From NCBI GenBank assembly GCA_002269645.1, contig NIVC01001014.1:124001-188000 (forward strand): a stretch of 64,000 bases of DNA, written 5' to 3'. The position numbers were made by a program, and so were the translations under genes. The notes under the pieces are model-generated. The model worked only from the letters and a program-made list of their open reading frames with translations, was not told the origin of the DNA and ran no database searches. The DNA is from Macrostomum lignano. Taxonomy: Eukaryota. Positions 6,741-20,100 of this stretch are shown piece after piece. Every line of letters starts with the position of its first letter. The stretch's first letter is position 1.

Positions 6741-8349
6741 GCTGATAAAAAGCCATTCAAGCTGATAAAAAGCCAATCAAGCTGATAAAAAGCCAGTCAA
6801 GCTGATGAAAAGCCAATCAAGCTGATAAAAAGCCATTCAAGCTAATAAAAAGTCTTTCAAGCTGATGAAGAGCCAATCAAGCTGATAAAAAGCCATTCAA
6901 GCTGATGAAGAGCCAATCAAGCTGATAAAAAGCCAGTCAAGCTGATGAAAAGCCAATCAAGCTGATGAAAAGCCAATCAAGCTGATAAAAGCCAATCAAG
7001 CTGATGAAAAGCCAATCAAGCTGATAAAAAGCCATTCAAGCTAATAAAAAGTCTTTCAAGCTGATGAAGAGCCAATCAAGCTGATAAAAAGCCATTCAAG
7101 CTGATGAAGAGCCAATCAAGCTGATAAAAAGCCAGTCAAGCTGATGAAAAGCCAATCAAGCTGATGAAAAGCCAATCAAGCTGATGAAGAGCCAATCAAG
7201 CTGATGAAAAGCCAATCAAGCTGATAAAAGCCAATCAAGCTGATAAAAAGCCATTCAAGCTGATGAAGTGCCAATCAAGCTGATAAAAAGCCAGTCAAGC
7301 TGATGAAAAGCCAATCAAGCTGATAAAAAGCCATTCAAGCTGATGAAGAGCCAATCAAGCTGATAAAAAGTCTTTCAAGCTGATGAAGAGCCAATCCAGC
7401 TGATAAAAAGCCATTCAAGCTGATGAAGAGCCAATCAAGCTGATAAAAGTCTTTCAAGCTGATGAAGAGCCAATCAAGCTGATAAAAAGCCAGTCAAGCT
7501 GATGAAGAGCCAATCAAGCTGATAAAAGTCTTTCAAGCTGATGAAGAGCCAATCAAGCTGATAAAAAGCCATTCAAGCTGATGAAGAGCCAATCAAGCTG
7601 ATAAAAAGCCATTCAAGCTGATGAAGAGCCAATCAAGCTGATAAAAAGCCAGTCAAGCTGATGAAAAGCCAATCAAGCTGATGAAAAGCCAATCAAGCTG
7701 ATGAAGAGCCAATCAAGCTGATGAAAAGCCAATCAAGCTGATGAAGAGCCAATCAAGCTGATAAAAAGTCTTTCAAGCTGAGGAAGAGCCAATCAAGCTG
7801 ATAAAAAGCCATTCAAGCTGATGAAGAGCCAATCAAGCTGATAAAAAGCCAGTCAAGCTGATGAAAAGCCAATCAAGCTGATAAAAAGCCATTCAAGCTG
7901 ATGAAGAGCCAATCAAGCTGATAAAAAGTCTTTCAAGCTGATGAAGAGCCAATCAAGCTGATAAAAAGCCATTCAAGCTGATGAAGAGCCAATCAAGCTG
8001 ATAAAAGTCTTTCAAGCTGATGAAGAGCCAATCAAGCTGATAAAAAGCCAGTCAAGCTGATGAAAAGCCAATCAAGCTGATAAAAAGCCAGTCAAGCTGA
8101 TGAAAAGCCAATCAATCTGATAAAAAGCCATTCAAGCTGATGAAGAGCCAATCAAGCTGATAAAAAGCCAGTCAAGCTGATGAAAAGTCAATCAAGCTGA
8201 TAAAAAGCCATTCAAGCTGATGAAGAGCCAATCAAGCTGATAAAAGTCTTTCAAGCTGATGAAGAGCCAATCAAGCTGATAAAAAGCCAGTCAAGCTGAT
8301 GAAAAGCCAATCAAGCTGATAAAAAGCCAGTCAAGCTGATGAAAAGCCA

Positions 8350-11300
8350 ATCAATCTGATAAAAAGCCATTCAAGCTGATGAAGAGCCAATCAAGCTGAT
8401 AAAAAGCCAGTCAAGCTGATGAAAAGTCAATCAAGCTGATAAAAAGCCATTCAAGCTGATAAAAAGCCAATCAAGCTGATAAAAAGCCAGTCAAGCTGAT
8501 GAAGTGCCAATCAAGCTGATAAAAGCCAATCAAGCTGATGAAAAGCCAATCAAGCTGATAAAAAGCCATTCAAGCTAATAAAAAGTCTTTCAAGCTAATG
8601 AAGAGCCAATCAAGCTGATAAAAAGCCATTCAAGCTGATGAAAAACCAATCAAGCTGATGAAAAACCAGTCAAGCTGATGAAAAACCAGTCAAGCTGATG
8701 AAAAACCAATCAAGCTGATGAAAAACCAGTCAAGCTGATGAAAAGCCAATCAAGCTGATAAAAAGCCAATCAAGCTGATAAAAAGCCATTCAAGCTAATA
8801 AAAAGTCTTTCAAGCTGATGAAGAGCCAATCAAGCTGATAAAAAGCCATTCAAGCTGATGAAGAGCCAATCAAGCTGATAAAAAGCCAGTCAAGCTGATG
8901 AAAAGCCAATCAAGCTGATGAAAAGCCAATCAAGCTGATGAAGAGCCAATCAAGCTGATGAAAAGCCAATCAAGCTGATAAAAGCCAATCAAGCTGATAA
9001 AAAGCCATTCAAGCTGATGAAGTGCCAATCAAGCTGATAAAAAGCCAGTCAAGCTGATGAAAAGCCAATCAAGCTGATAAAGAGCCATTCAAGCTGATGA
9101 AGAGCCAATCAAGCTGATAAAAAGTCTTTCAAGCTGATGAAGAGCCAATCAAGCTGATAAAAAGCCATTCAAGCTGATGAAGAGCCAATCAAGCTGATAA
9201 AAGTCTTTCAAGCTGATGAAGAGCCAATCAAGCTGATAAAAAGCCAGTCAAGCTGATGAAAAGCCAATCAAGCTGATAAAAAGCCAGTCAAGCTGATGAA
9301 AAGTCAATCAAGCTGATAAAAAGCCATTCAAGCTGATGAAGAGCCAATCAAGCTGATAAAAAGCCAGTCAAGCTGATGAAAAACCAGTCAAGCTGATGAA
9401 AAACCAGTCAAGCTGATGAAAAACCAGTCAAGCTGATGAAAAACCAGTCAAGCTGATGAAAAACCAATCAAGCTGATGAAAAACCAATCAAGCTGATGAA
9501 AAACCAGTCAAGCTGATGAAAAACCAGTCAAGCTGATGAAAAACCAATCAAGCTGATGAAAAACCAGTCAAGCTGATGAAAAGCCAATCAAGCTGATAAA
9601 AGCCAATCAAGCTGATGAAAAGCCAATCAAGCTGATAAAAAGCCATTCAAGCTAATAAAAAGTCTTTCGAGCTGATGAAGAGCCAATCAAGCTGATAAAA
9701 AGCCATTCAAGCTGATGAAGAGCCAATCAAGCTGATAAAAAGCCAGTCAAGCTGATGAAAAGCCAATCAAGCTGATGAAAAGCCAATCAAGCTGATGAAG
9801 AGCCAATCAAGCTGATGAAAAGCCAATCAAGCTGATGAAGAGCCAATCAAGCTGATAAAAAGTCTTTCAAGCTGATGAAGAGCCAATCAAGCTGATAAAA
9901 AGCCATTCAAGCTGATGAAGAGCCAATCAAGCTGATAAAAAGCCAGTCAAGCTGATGAAAAGCCAATCAAGCTGATAAAAAGCCATTCAAGCTGATGAAG
10001 AGCCAATCAAGCTGATAAAAAGTCTTTCAAGCTGATGAAGAGCCAATCAAGCTGATAAAAAGCCATTCAAGCTGATGAAGAGCCAATCAAGCTGATAAAA
10101 GTCTTTCAAGCTGATGAAGAGCCAATCAAGCTGATAAAAAGCCAGTCAAGCTGATGAAGAGCCAATCAAGCTGATAAAAAGCCAGTCAAGCTGATGAAAA
10201 GCCAATCAAGCTGATAAAAAGCCAGTCAAGCTGATGAAAAGCCAATCAATCTGATAAAAAGCCATTCAAGCTGATGAAGAGCCAATCAAGCTGATAAAAA
10301 GCCAGTCAAGCTGATGAAAAGTCAATCAAGCTGATAAAAAGCCATTCAAGCTGATAAAAAGCCAATTAAGCTGATAAAAAGCCAGTCAAGCTGATGAAGT
10401 GCCAATCAAGCTGATAAAAGCCAATCAAGCTGATGAAAAGCCAATCAAGCTGATAAAAAGCCATTCAAGCTAATAAAAAGTCTTTCAAACTAATGAAGAG
10501 CCAATCAAGCTGATAAAAAGCCATTCAAGCTGATGAAAAACCAATCAAGCTGATGAAAAACCAGTCAAGCTGATGAAAAACCAGTCAAGCTGATGAAAAA
10601 CCAATCAAGCTGATGAAAAACCAGTCAAGCTGATGAAAAGCCAATCAAGCTGATAAAAGCCAATCAAGCTGATGAAAAGCCAATCAAGCTGATAAAAAGC
10701 TATTCAAGCTAATAAAAAGTCTTTCGAGCTGATGAAGAGCCAATCAAGCTGATAAAAAGCCATTCAAGCTGATGAAGAGCCAATCAAGCTGATAAAAAGC
10801 CAGTCAAGCTGATGAAAAGCCAATCAAGCTGATAAAAAGCCATTCAAGCTGATAAAAAGCCAATTAAGCTGATAAAAAGCCAGTCAAGCTGATGAAGTGC
10901 CAATCAAGCTGATAAAAGCCAATCAAGCTGATGAAAAGCCAATCAAGCTGATAAAAAGCCATTCAAGCTAATAAAAAGTCTTTCAAACTAATGAAGAGCC
11001 AATCAAGCTGATAAAAAGCCATTCAAGCTGATGAAGAGCCAATCAAGCTGATAAAAAGCCATTCAAGCTGATGAAGAGCCAATCAAGCTGATAAAAAGCC
11101 AGTCAAGCTGATGAAAAGCCAATCAAGCTGATAAAAAGCCATTCAAGCTGATAAAAAGCCAATTAAGCTGATAAAAAGCCAGTCAAGCTGATGAAGTGCC
11201 AATCAAGCTGATAAAAGCCAATCAAGCTGATGAAAAGCCAATCAAGCTGATAAAAAGCCATTCAAGCTAATAAAAAGTCTTTCAAACTAATGAAGAGCCA

Positions 11301-14100
11301 ATCAAGCTGATAAAAAGCCATTCAAGCTGATGAAAAACCAATCAAGCTGATGAAAAACCACTCAAGCTGATGAAAAACCAGTCAAGCTGATGAAAAACCA
11401 ATCAAGCTGATGAAAAACCAGTCAAGCTGATGAAAAGCCAATCAAGCTGATAAAAGCCAATCAAGCTGATGAAAAGCCAATCAAGCTGATAAAAAGCTAT
11501 TCAAGCTAATAAAAAGTCTTTCGAGCTGATGAAGAGCCAATCAAGCTGATAAAAAGCCATTCAAGCTGATGAAGAGCCAATCAAGCTGATAAAAAGCCAG
11601 TCAAGCTGATGAAAAGCCAATCAAGCTGATAAAAAGCCATTCAAGCTGATGAAGAGCCAATCAAGCTGATAAAAAGTCTTCAAGCTGATGAAGAGCCAAT
11701 CAAGCTGATAAAAAGCCATTCAAGCTGATGAAGAGCCAATCAAGCTGATAAAAAGCCAGTCAAGCTGATGAAAAGCCAATCAAGCTGATAAAAAGCCATT
11801 CAAGCTGATGAAGAGCCAATCAAGCTGATAAAAAGTCTTTCAAGCTGATGAAGAGCCAATCAAGCTGATAAAAAGCCATTCAAGCTGATGAAGAGCCAAT
11901 CAAGCTGATAAAAGTCTTTCAAGCTGATGAAGAGCCAATCAAGCTGATAAAAAGCCAGTCAAGCTGATGAAGAGCCAATCAAGCTGATAAAAAGCCAGTC
12001 AAGCTGATGAAAAGCCAATCAAGCTGATAAAAAGCCAGTCAAGCTGATGAAAAGCCAATCAATCTGATAAAAAGCCATTCAAGCTGATGAAGAGCCAATC
12101 AAGCTGATAAAAAGCCAGTCAAGCTGATGAAAAGTCAATCAAGCTGATAAAAAGCCATTCAAGCTGATAAAAAGCCAATCAAGCTGATAAAAAGCCAGTC
12201 AAGCTGATGAAGTGCCAATCAAGCTGATAAAAGCCAATCAAGCTGATGAAAAGCCAATCAAGCTGATAAAAAGCCATTCAAGCTAATAAAAAGTCTTTCA
12301 AGCTGATGAAGAGCCAATCAAGCTGATAAAAAGCCATTCAAGCTGATGAAAAACCAATCAAGCTGATGAAAAACCAGTCAAGCTGATGAAAAACCAGTCA
12401 AGCTGATGAAAAACCAATCAAGCTGATGAAAAAGCCAGTCAAGCTGATGAAAAGCCAATCAAGCTGATAAAAGCCAATCAAGCTGATGAAAAGCCAATCA
12501 AGCTGATAAAAAGCCATTCAAGCTAATAAAAAGTCTTTCAAGCTGATGAAGAGCCAATCAAGCTGATAAAAAGCCATTCAAGCTGATGAAGAGCCAATCA
12601 AGCTGATAAAAAGCCAGTCAAGCTGATGAAAAGCCAATCAAGCTGATAAAAAGCCATTCAAGCTGATAAAAGCCAATCAAGCTGATAAAAAGCCAGTCAA
12701 GCTGATGAAGGCCAATCAAGCTGATAAAAGCCATCAAGCTGATGAAAAGCCAATCAAGCTGATAAAAAGCCATTCAAGCTAATAAAAAGTCTTTCAAGCT
12801 GATGAAGAGCCAATCAAGCTGATAAAAAGCCATTCAAGCTGATGAAGAGCCAATCAAGCTGATAAAAAGCCATTCAAGCTGATGAAGAGCCAATCAAGCT
12901 GATAAAAAGCCAGTCAAGCTGATGAAAGCCAATCAAGCTGATAAAAAGCCATTCAAGCTGATAAAAGCCAATCAAGCTGATAAAAAGCCAGTCAAGCTGA
13001 TGAAGTGCCAATCAAGCTGATAAAAGCCAATCAAGCTGATGAAAAGCCAATCAAGCTGATAAAAAGCCATTCAAGCTAATAAAAAGTCTTTCAAGCTGAT
13101 GAAGAGCCAATCAAGCTGATAAAAAGCCATTCAAGCTGATGAAAAACCAATCAAGCTGATGAAAAACCAGTCAAGCTGATGAAAAACCAGTCAAGCTGAT
13201 GAAAAACCAATCAAGCTGATGAAAAACCAGTCAAGCTGATGAAAAGCCAATCAAGCTGATAAAAGCCAATCAAGCTGATGAAAAGCCAATCAAGCTGATA
13301 AAAAGCCATTCAAGCTAATAAAAAGTCTTTCAAGCTGATGAAGAGCCAATCAAGCTGATAAAAAGCCATTCAAGCTGATGAAGAGCCAATCAAGCTGATA
13401 AAAAGCCAGTCAAGCTGATGAAAAGCCAATCAAGCTGATAAAAAGCCATTCAAGCTGATGAAGAGCCAATCAAGCTGATAAAAAGTCTTTCAAGCTGATG
13501 AAGAGCCAATCAAGCTGATAAAAAGCCATTCAAGCTGATGAAGAGCCAATCAAGCTGATAAAAAGCCAGTCAAGCTGATGAAAAGCCAATCAAGCTGATA
13601 AAAAGCCATTCAAGCTGATGAAGAGCCAATCAAGCTGATAAAAAGTCTTTCAAGCTGATGAAGAGCCAATCAAGCTGATAAAAAGCCATTCAAGCTGATG
13701 AAGAGCCAATCAAGCTGATAAAAGTCTTTCAAGCTGATGAAGAGCCAATCAAGCTGATAAAAAGCCAGTCAAGCTGATGAAGAGCCAATCAAGCTGATAA
13801 AAAGCCAGTCAAGCTGATGAAAAGCCAATCAAGCTGATAAAAAGCCAGTCAAGCTGATGAAAAGCCAATCAAGCTGATAAAAAGCCATTCAAGCTGATGA
13901 AGAGCCAATCAAGCTGATAAAAAGCCAGTCAAGCTGATGAAAAGCCAATCAAGCTGATAAAAAGCCATTCAAGCTGATAAAAAGCCAATCAAGCTGATAA
14001 AAAGCCAGTCAAGCTGATGAAAAGCCAATCAAGCTGATAAAAGCCAATCAAGCTGATGAAAAGCCAATCAAGCTGATAAAAAGCCATTCAAGCTAATAAA
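8350..14100 (+). repeat. ~1.8-1.9 kb higher-order repeat (about 91-95 monomers), at least 3 copies
   Basis: CAATCT at 8352/10247/12060 and AAGTG at 8502/10397/12210 give the same spacings of 1895 and 1813 bp. Confidence 0.85.
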
Positions 14101-17100
14101 AAGTCTTTCAAGCTGATGAAGAGCCAATCAAGCTGATAAAAAGCCATTCAAGCTGATGAAAAGCCAATCAAGCTGATGAAAACCATCAAGCTGATGAAAA
14201 GCCATCAAGCTGATGAAAAAGCCAATCAAGCTGATGAAAAACCAGTCAAGCTGATGAAAAGCCAATCAAGCTGATAAAAGCCAATCAAGCTGATGAAAAG
14301 CCAATCAAGCTGATAAAAAGCCATTCAAGCTAATAAAAAGTCTTTCAAGCTGATGAAGAGCCAATCAAGCTGATAAAAAGCCATTCAAGCTGATGAAGAG
14401 CCAATCAAGCTGATAAAAAGCCAGTCAAGCTGATGAAAAGCCAATCAAGCTGATAAAAAGCCATTCAAGCTGATGAAGAGCCAATCAAGCTGATAAAAGT
14501 CTTTCAAGCTGATGAAGAGCCAATCAAGCTGATAAAAAGCCATTCAAGCTGATGAAGAGCCAATCAAGCTGATAAAAGCTTCAAGCTGATGAAGAGCCAA
14601 TCAAGCTGATAAAAAGCCAGTCAAGCTGATGAAGAGCCAATCAAGCTGATAAAAAGCCAGTCAAGCTGATGAAAAGCCAATCAAGCTGATAAAAAGCCAG
14701 TCAAGCTGATGAAAAGCCAATCAAGCTGATAAAAAGCCATTCAAGCTGATGAAGAGCCAATCAAGCTGATAAAAAGCCAGTCAAGCTGATGAAAAGCCAA
14801 TCAAGCTGATAAAAAGCCATTCAAGCTGATGAAAAAGCCAATCAAGCTGATAAAAAGCCAGTCAAGCTGATGAAGCCAATCAAGCTGATAAAAAGCCATC
14901 AAGCTGATGAAAAGCCAATCAAGCTGATAAAAAGCCATTCAAGCTGAATAAAAAGTCTTTCAAGCTGATGAAAAACCAATCAAGCTGATGAAAAACCACT
15001 CAAGCTGATGAAAAACCAGTCAAGCTGATGAAAAACCAATCAAGCTGATGAAAAACCAGTCAAGCTGATGAAAAGCCAATCAAGCTGATAAAAAGCCAAT
15101 CAAGCTGATGAAAAGCCAATCAAGCTGATAAAAAGCCAATCAAGCTGATAAAAAGCCATTCAAGCTGATGAAGAGCCAATCAAGCTGATAAAAAGCCAGT
15201 CAAGCTGATGAAAGCCAATCAAGCTGATAAAAAGCCAGTCAAGCTGATGAAAGCCAATCAAGCTGATAAAAAGCCATCAAGCTGATGAAGAGCCAATCAA
15301 GCTGATAAAAAGCTTTCAAGCTGATGAAGAGCCAATCAAGCTGATAAAAAGCCATTCAAGCTGATGAAGAGCCAATCAAGCTGATAAAAAGCCATTCAAG
15401 CTGATGAAGAGCCAATCAAGCTGATAAAAAGCCATCAAGCTGATGAAGAGCCAATCAAGCTGATAAAAAGCCAGTCAAGCTGATGAAAGCCAATCAAGCT
15501 GATAAAAAGCCAGTCAAGCTGATGAAAAGCCAATCAAGCTGATAAAAAGCCATTCAAGCTGATGAAGAGCCAATCAAGCTGATAAAAAGCCAGTCAAGCT
15601 GATGAAAGCCAATCAAGCTGATAAAAAGCCATCAAGCTGATGAAAAGCCAATCAAGCTGATAAAAGCCATCAAGCTGATGAAAAGCCAATCAAGCTGATA
15701 AAAGCCAATCAAGCTGATGAAAAGCCAATCAAGCTGATAAAAGCCAATCAAGCTGATAAAAGTCTTCAAGCTGATGAAAGCCAATCAAGCTGATAAAAAG
15801 CCATTCAAGCTGATGAAGAGCCAATCAAGCTGATAAAAAGCCATTCAAGCTGATGAAAGCCAATCAAGCTGATAAAAAGCCAGTCAAGCTGATGAAAGCC
15901 AATCAAGCTGATAAAAAGCCATCAAGCTGATGAAGAGCCAATCAAGCTGATAAAAAGCTCAAGCTGATGAAGAGCCAATCAAGCTGATAAAAAGCCATTC
16001 AAGCTGATGAAGAGCCAATCAAGCTGATAAAAAGCCAGTCAAGCTGATGAAAGCCAATCAAGCTGATAAAAAGCCATTCAAGCTGATGAAAGAGCCAATC
16101 AAGCTGATAAAAAGCCATTCAAGCTGATGAAGAGCCAATCAAGCTGATAAAAAGCCATCAAGCTGATGAAGAGCCAATCAAGCTGATAAAAAGCCATTCA
16201 AGCTGATGAAGAGCCAATCAAGCTGATAAAAAGCCATCAAGCTGATGAAGAGCCAATCAAGCTGATAAAAAGCCAGTCAAGCTGATGAAAGCCAATCAAG
16301 CTGATAAAAAGCCATTCAAGCTGATGAAAGCCAATCAAGCTGATAAAAAGCCATTCAAGCTGATGAAGAGCCAATCAAGCTGATAAAAAGCCATCAAGCT
16401 GATGAAGAGCCAATCAAGCTGATAAAAAGCCATCAAGCTGATGAAAAGCCAATCAAGCTGATAAAAAGCCATCAAGCTGATGAAAAGCCAATCAAGCTGA
16501 TAAAAGCCATCAAGCTGATGAAAAGCCAATCAAGCTGATAAAAAGCCAATCAAGCTGATGAAGAGCCAATCAAGCTGATAAAAAGCTTTCAAGCTGATGA
16601 AGAGCCAATCAAGCTGATAAAAAGCCATCAAGCTGATGAAAGCCAATCAAGCTGATAAAAAGCTTCAAGCTGATGAAGAGCCAATCAAGCTGATAAAAAG
16701 CCATTCAAGCTGATGAAGAGCCAATCAAGCTGATAAAAAGCCATCAAGCTGATGAAGAGCCAATCAAGCTGATAAAAGCCAATCAAGCTGATGAAAGCCA
16801 ATCAAGCTGATAAAAAGCCATCAAGCTGATGAAAGCCAATCAAGCTGATAAAAAGCCATCAAGCTGATGAAAAGCCAATCAAGCTGATAAAAAGCCATCA
16901 AGCTGATGAAAAGCCAATCAAGCTGATAAAAAGCCATTCAAGCTGATGAAGAGCCAATCAAGCTGATAAAAAGCCATCAAGCTGATGAAAGCCAATCAAG
17001 CTGATAAAAAGCCAGTCAAGCTGATGAAAGCCAATCAAGCTGATAAAAAGCCATCAAGCTGATGAAAAGCCAATCAAGCTGATAAAAAGCCAGTCAAGCT

Positions 17101-20100
17101 GATGAAAACCAATCAAGCTGATGAAAAACCATCAAGCTGATGAAAAGCCAATCAAGCTGATGAAAAACCATCAAGCTGATGAAAAGCCAATCAAGCTGAT
17201 GAAAAACCAATCAAGCTGATGAAAAGCCAATCAAGCTGATAAAACCATCAAGCTGATGAAAAGCCAATCAAGCTGATAAAAAGTCAAGCTGATGAAAGCC
17301 AATCAAGCTGATAAAAAGCCATCAAGCTGATGAAGAGCCAATCAAGCTGATAAAAAGCCATCAAGCTGATGAAAGCCAATCAAGCTGATAAAAAGCCATC
17401 AAGCTGATGAAAGAGCCAATCAAGCTGATAAAAAGCCATCAAGCTGATGAAGAGCCAATCAAGCTGATAAAAAGCTCAAGCTGATGAAGAGCCAATCAAG
17501 CTGATAAAAAGTCTTCAAGCTGATGAAGAGCCAATCAAGCTGATAAAAAGCCATTCAAGCTGATGAAGAGCCAATCAAGCTGATAAAAAGCCATCAAGCT
17601 GATGAAAGCCAATCAAGCTGATAAAAAGCCATCAAGCTGATGAAAGCCAATCAAGCTGATAAAAAGCCATCAAGCTGATGAAAAGCCAATCAAGCTGATA
17701 AAAAGCCATCAAGCTGATGAAAGCCAATCAAGCTGATAAAAAGCCATCAAGCTGATGAAAGCCAATCAAGCTGATAAAAAGCCATCAAGCTGATGAAAAG
17801 CCAATCAAGCTGATAAAAAGCCATCAAGCTGATGAAAAGCCAATCAAGCTGATAAAAAGCCAGTCAAGCTGATGAAAAGCCAATCAAGCTGATAAAAAGC
17901 CATCAAGCTGATGAAAAGCCAATCAAGCTGATAAAAAGCCATCAAGCTGATAAAAATCAAGCTGATGAAAGCCAATCAAGCTGATAAAAAGCCATTCAAG
18001 CTGATGAAAAGCCAATCAAGCTGATAAAAAGCCAGTCAAGCTGATGAAAAGCCAATCAAGCTGATAAAAGCCAATCAAGCTGATAAAAGCCATCAAGCTG
18101 ATGAAAGCCAATCAAGCTGATAAAAGCCAATCAAGCTGATGAAAAAGCCAATCAAGCTGATAAAAAGCCAATCAAGCTGATAAAAAGCCATCAAGCTGAT
18201 GAAGAGCCAATCAAGCTGATAAAAAGCCATTCAAGCTGATGAAGAGCCAATCAAGCTGATAAAAAGCCATCAAGCTGATGAAGAGCCAATCAAGCTGATA
18301 AAAAGCCATCAAGCTGATGAAGAGCCAATCAAGCTGATAAAAAGCCTTCAAGCTGATGAAGAGCCAATCAAGCTGATAAAAAGCCATTCAAGCTGATGAA
18401 GAGCCAATCAAGCTGATAAAAAGCCATTCAAGCTGATGAAGAGCCAATCAAGCTGATAAAAAGCCATCAAGCTGATGAAGAGCCAATCAAGCTGATAAAA
18501 AGCCAATCAAGCTGATGAAAGCCAATCAAGCTGATAAAAAGCCATCAAGCTGATGAAAGCCAATCAAGCTGATAAAAAGCCAATCAAGCTGATGAAAAGC
18601 CAATCAAGCTGATGAAAAGCCAATCAAGCTGATAAAAAATCAAGCTGATAAAAGCCAATCAAGCTGATGAAAAGCCAATCAAGCTGATGAAAAAGCCAAT
18701 CAAGCTGATAAAAAGTCCATCAAGCTGATGAAGAGCCAATCAAGCTGATAAAAAGCCATCAAGCTGATGAAGAGCCAATCAAGCTGATAAAAGCCAGTCA
18801 AGCTGATGAAAAGCCAATCAAGCTGATAAAAAGCCATCAAGCTGATGAAGAGCCAATCAAGCTGATAAAAAGCCATTCAAGCTGATGAAGAGCCAATCAA
18901 GCTGATAAAAAGCCAGTCAAGCTGATGAAAGCCAATCAAGCTGATAAAAAGCCATCAAGCTGATGAAAGCCAATCAAGCTGATAAAAGCCAATCAAGCTG
19001 ATAAAAAGCCATCAAGCTGATGAAGAGCCAATCAAGCTGATAAAAAGCCAATTCAAGCTGATGAAAAGCCAATCAAGCTGATAAAAAGCCATCAAGCTGA
19101 TGAAAGCCAATCAAGCTGATAAAAAGCTTTCAAGCTGATGAAGAGCCAATCAAGCTGATAAAAAGCCAGTCAAGCTGATGAAAGCCAATCAAGCTGATAA
19201 AAAGCCATCAAGCTGATGAAAAGCCAATCAAGCTGATAAAAAGCCATCAAGCTGATGAAAAGCCAATCAAGCTGATGAAAAGCCAATCAAGCTGATAAAA
19301 GCCATCAAGCTGATGAAAGCCAATCAAGCTGATAAAAAGCCATCAAGCTGATGAAAAGCCAATCAAGCTGATAAAAGCCAATCAAGCTGATGAAAAAGCC
19401 AATCAAGCTGATAAAAAGCCAATCAAGCTGATAAAAGCCAATCAAGCTGATGAAAAAGCCAATCAAGCTGATAAAAGCCAATCAAGCTGATAAAAAGCCA
19501 TCAAGCTGATGAAAGCCAATCAAGCTGATAAAAAGCCATCAAGCTGATGAAGAGCCAATCAAGCTGATAAAAAGCCATCAAGCTGATGAAGAGCCAATCA
19601 AGCTGATAAAAAGCCATCAAGCTGATGAAGAGCCAATCAAGCTGATAAAAAGCCATCAAGCTGATGAAGAGCCAATCAAGCTGATAAAAAGCTTCAAGCT
19701 GATGAAGAGCCAATCAAGCTGATAAAAAGCCATTCAAGCTGATGAAGAGCCAATCAAGCTGATAAAAAGCCATCAAGCTGATGAAAGCCAATCAAGCTGA
19801 TAAAAAGCCATTCAAGCTGATGAAAGCCAATCAAGCTGATGAAAAAGCCATCAAGCTGATGAAAAAGCCAATCAAGCTGATAAAAAGCCATCAAGCTGAT
19901 GAAAAAGCCATCAAGCTGATGAAAAGCCATCAAGCTGATAAAAGCCAATCAAGCTGATGAAAAGCCAATCAAGCTGATAAAAAGCCATCAAGCTGATAAA
20001 AAGCTTTCAAGCTGATGAAGAGCCAATCAAGCTGATAAAAAGCCATTCAAGCTGATGAAGAGCCAATCAAGCTGATAAAAAGCCAGTCAAGCTGATGAAA

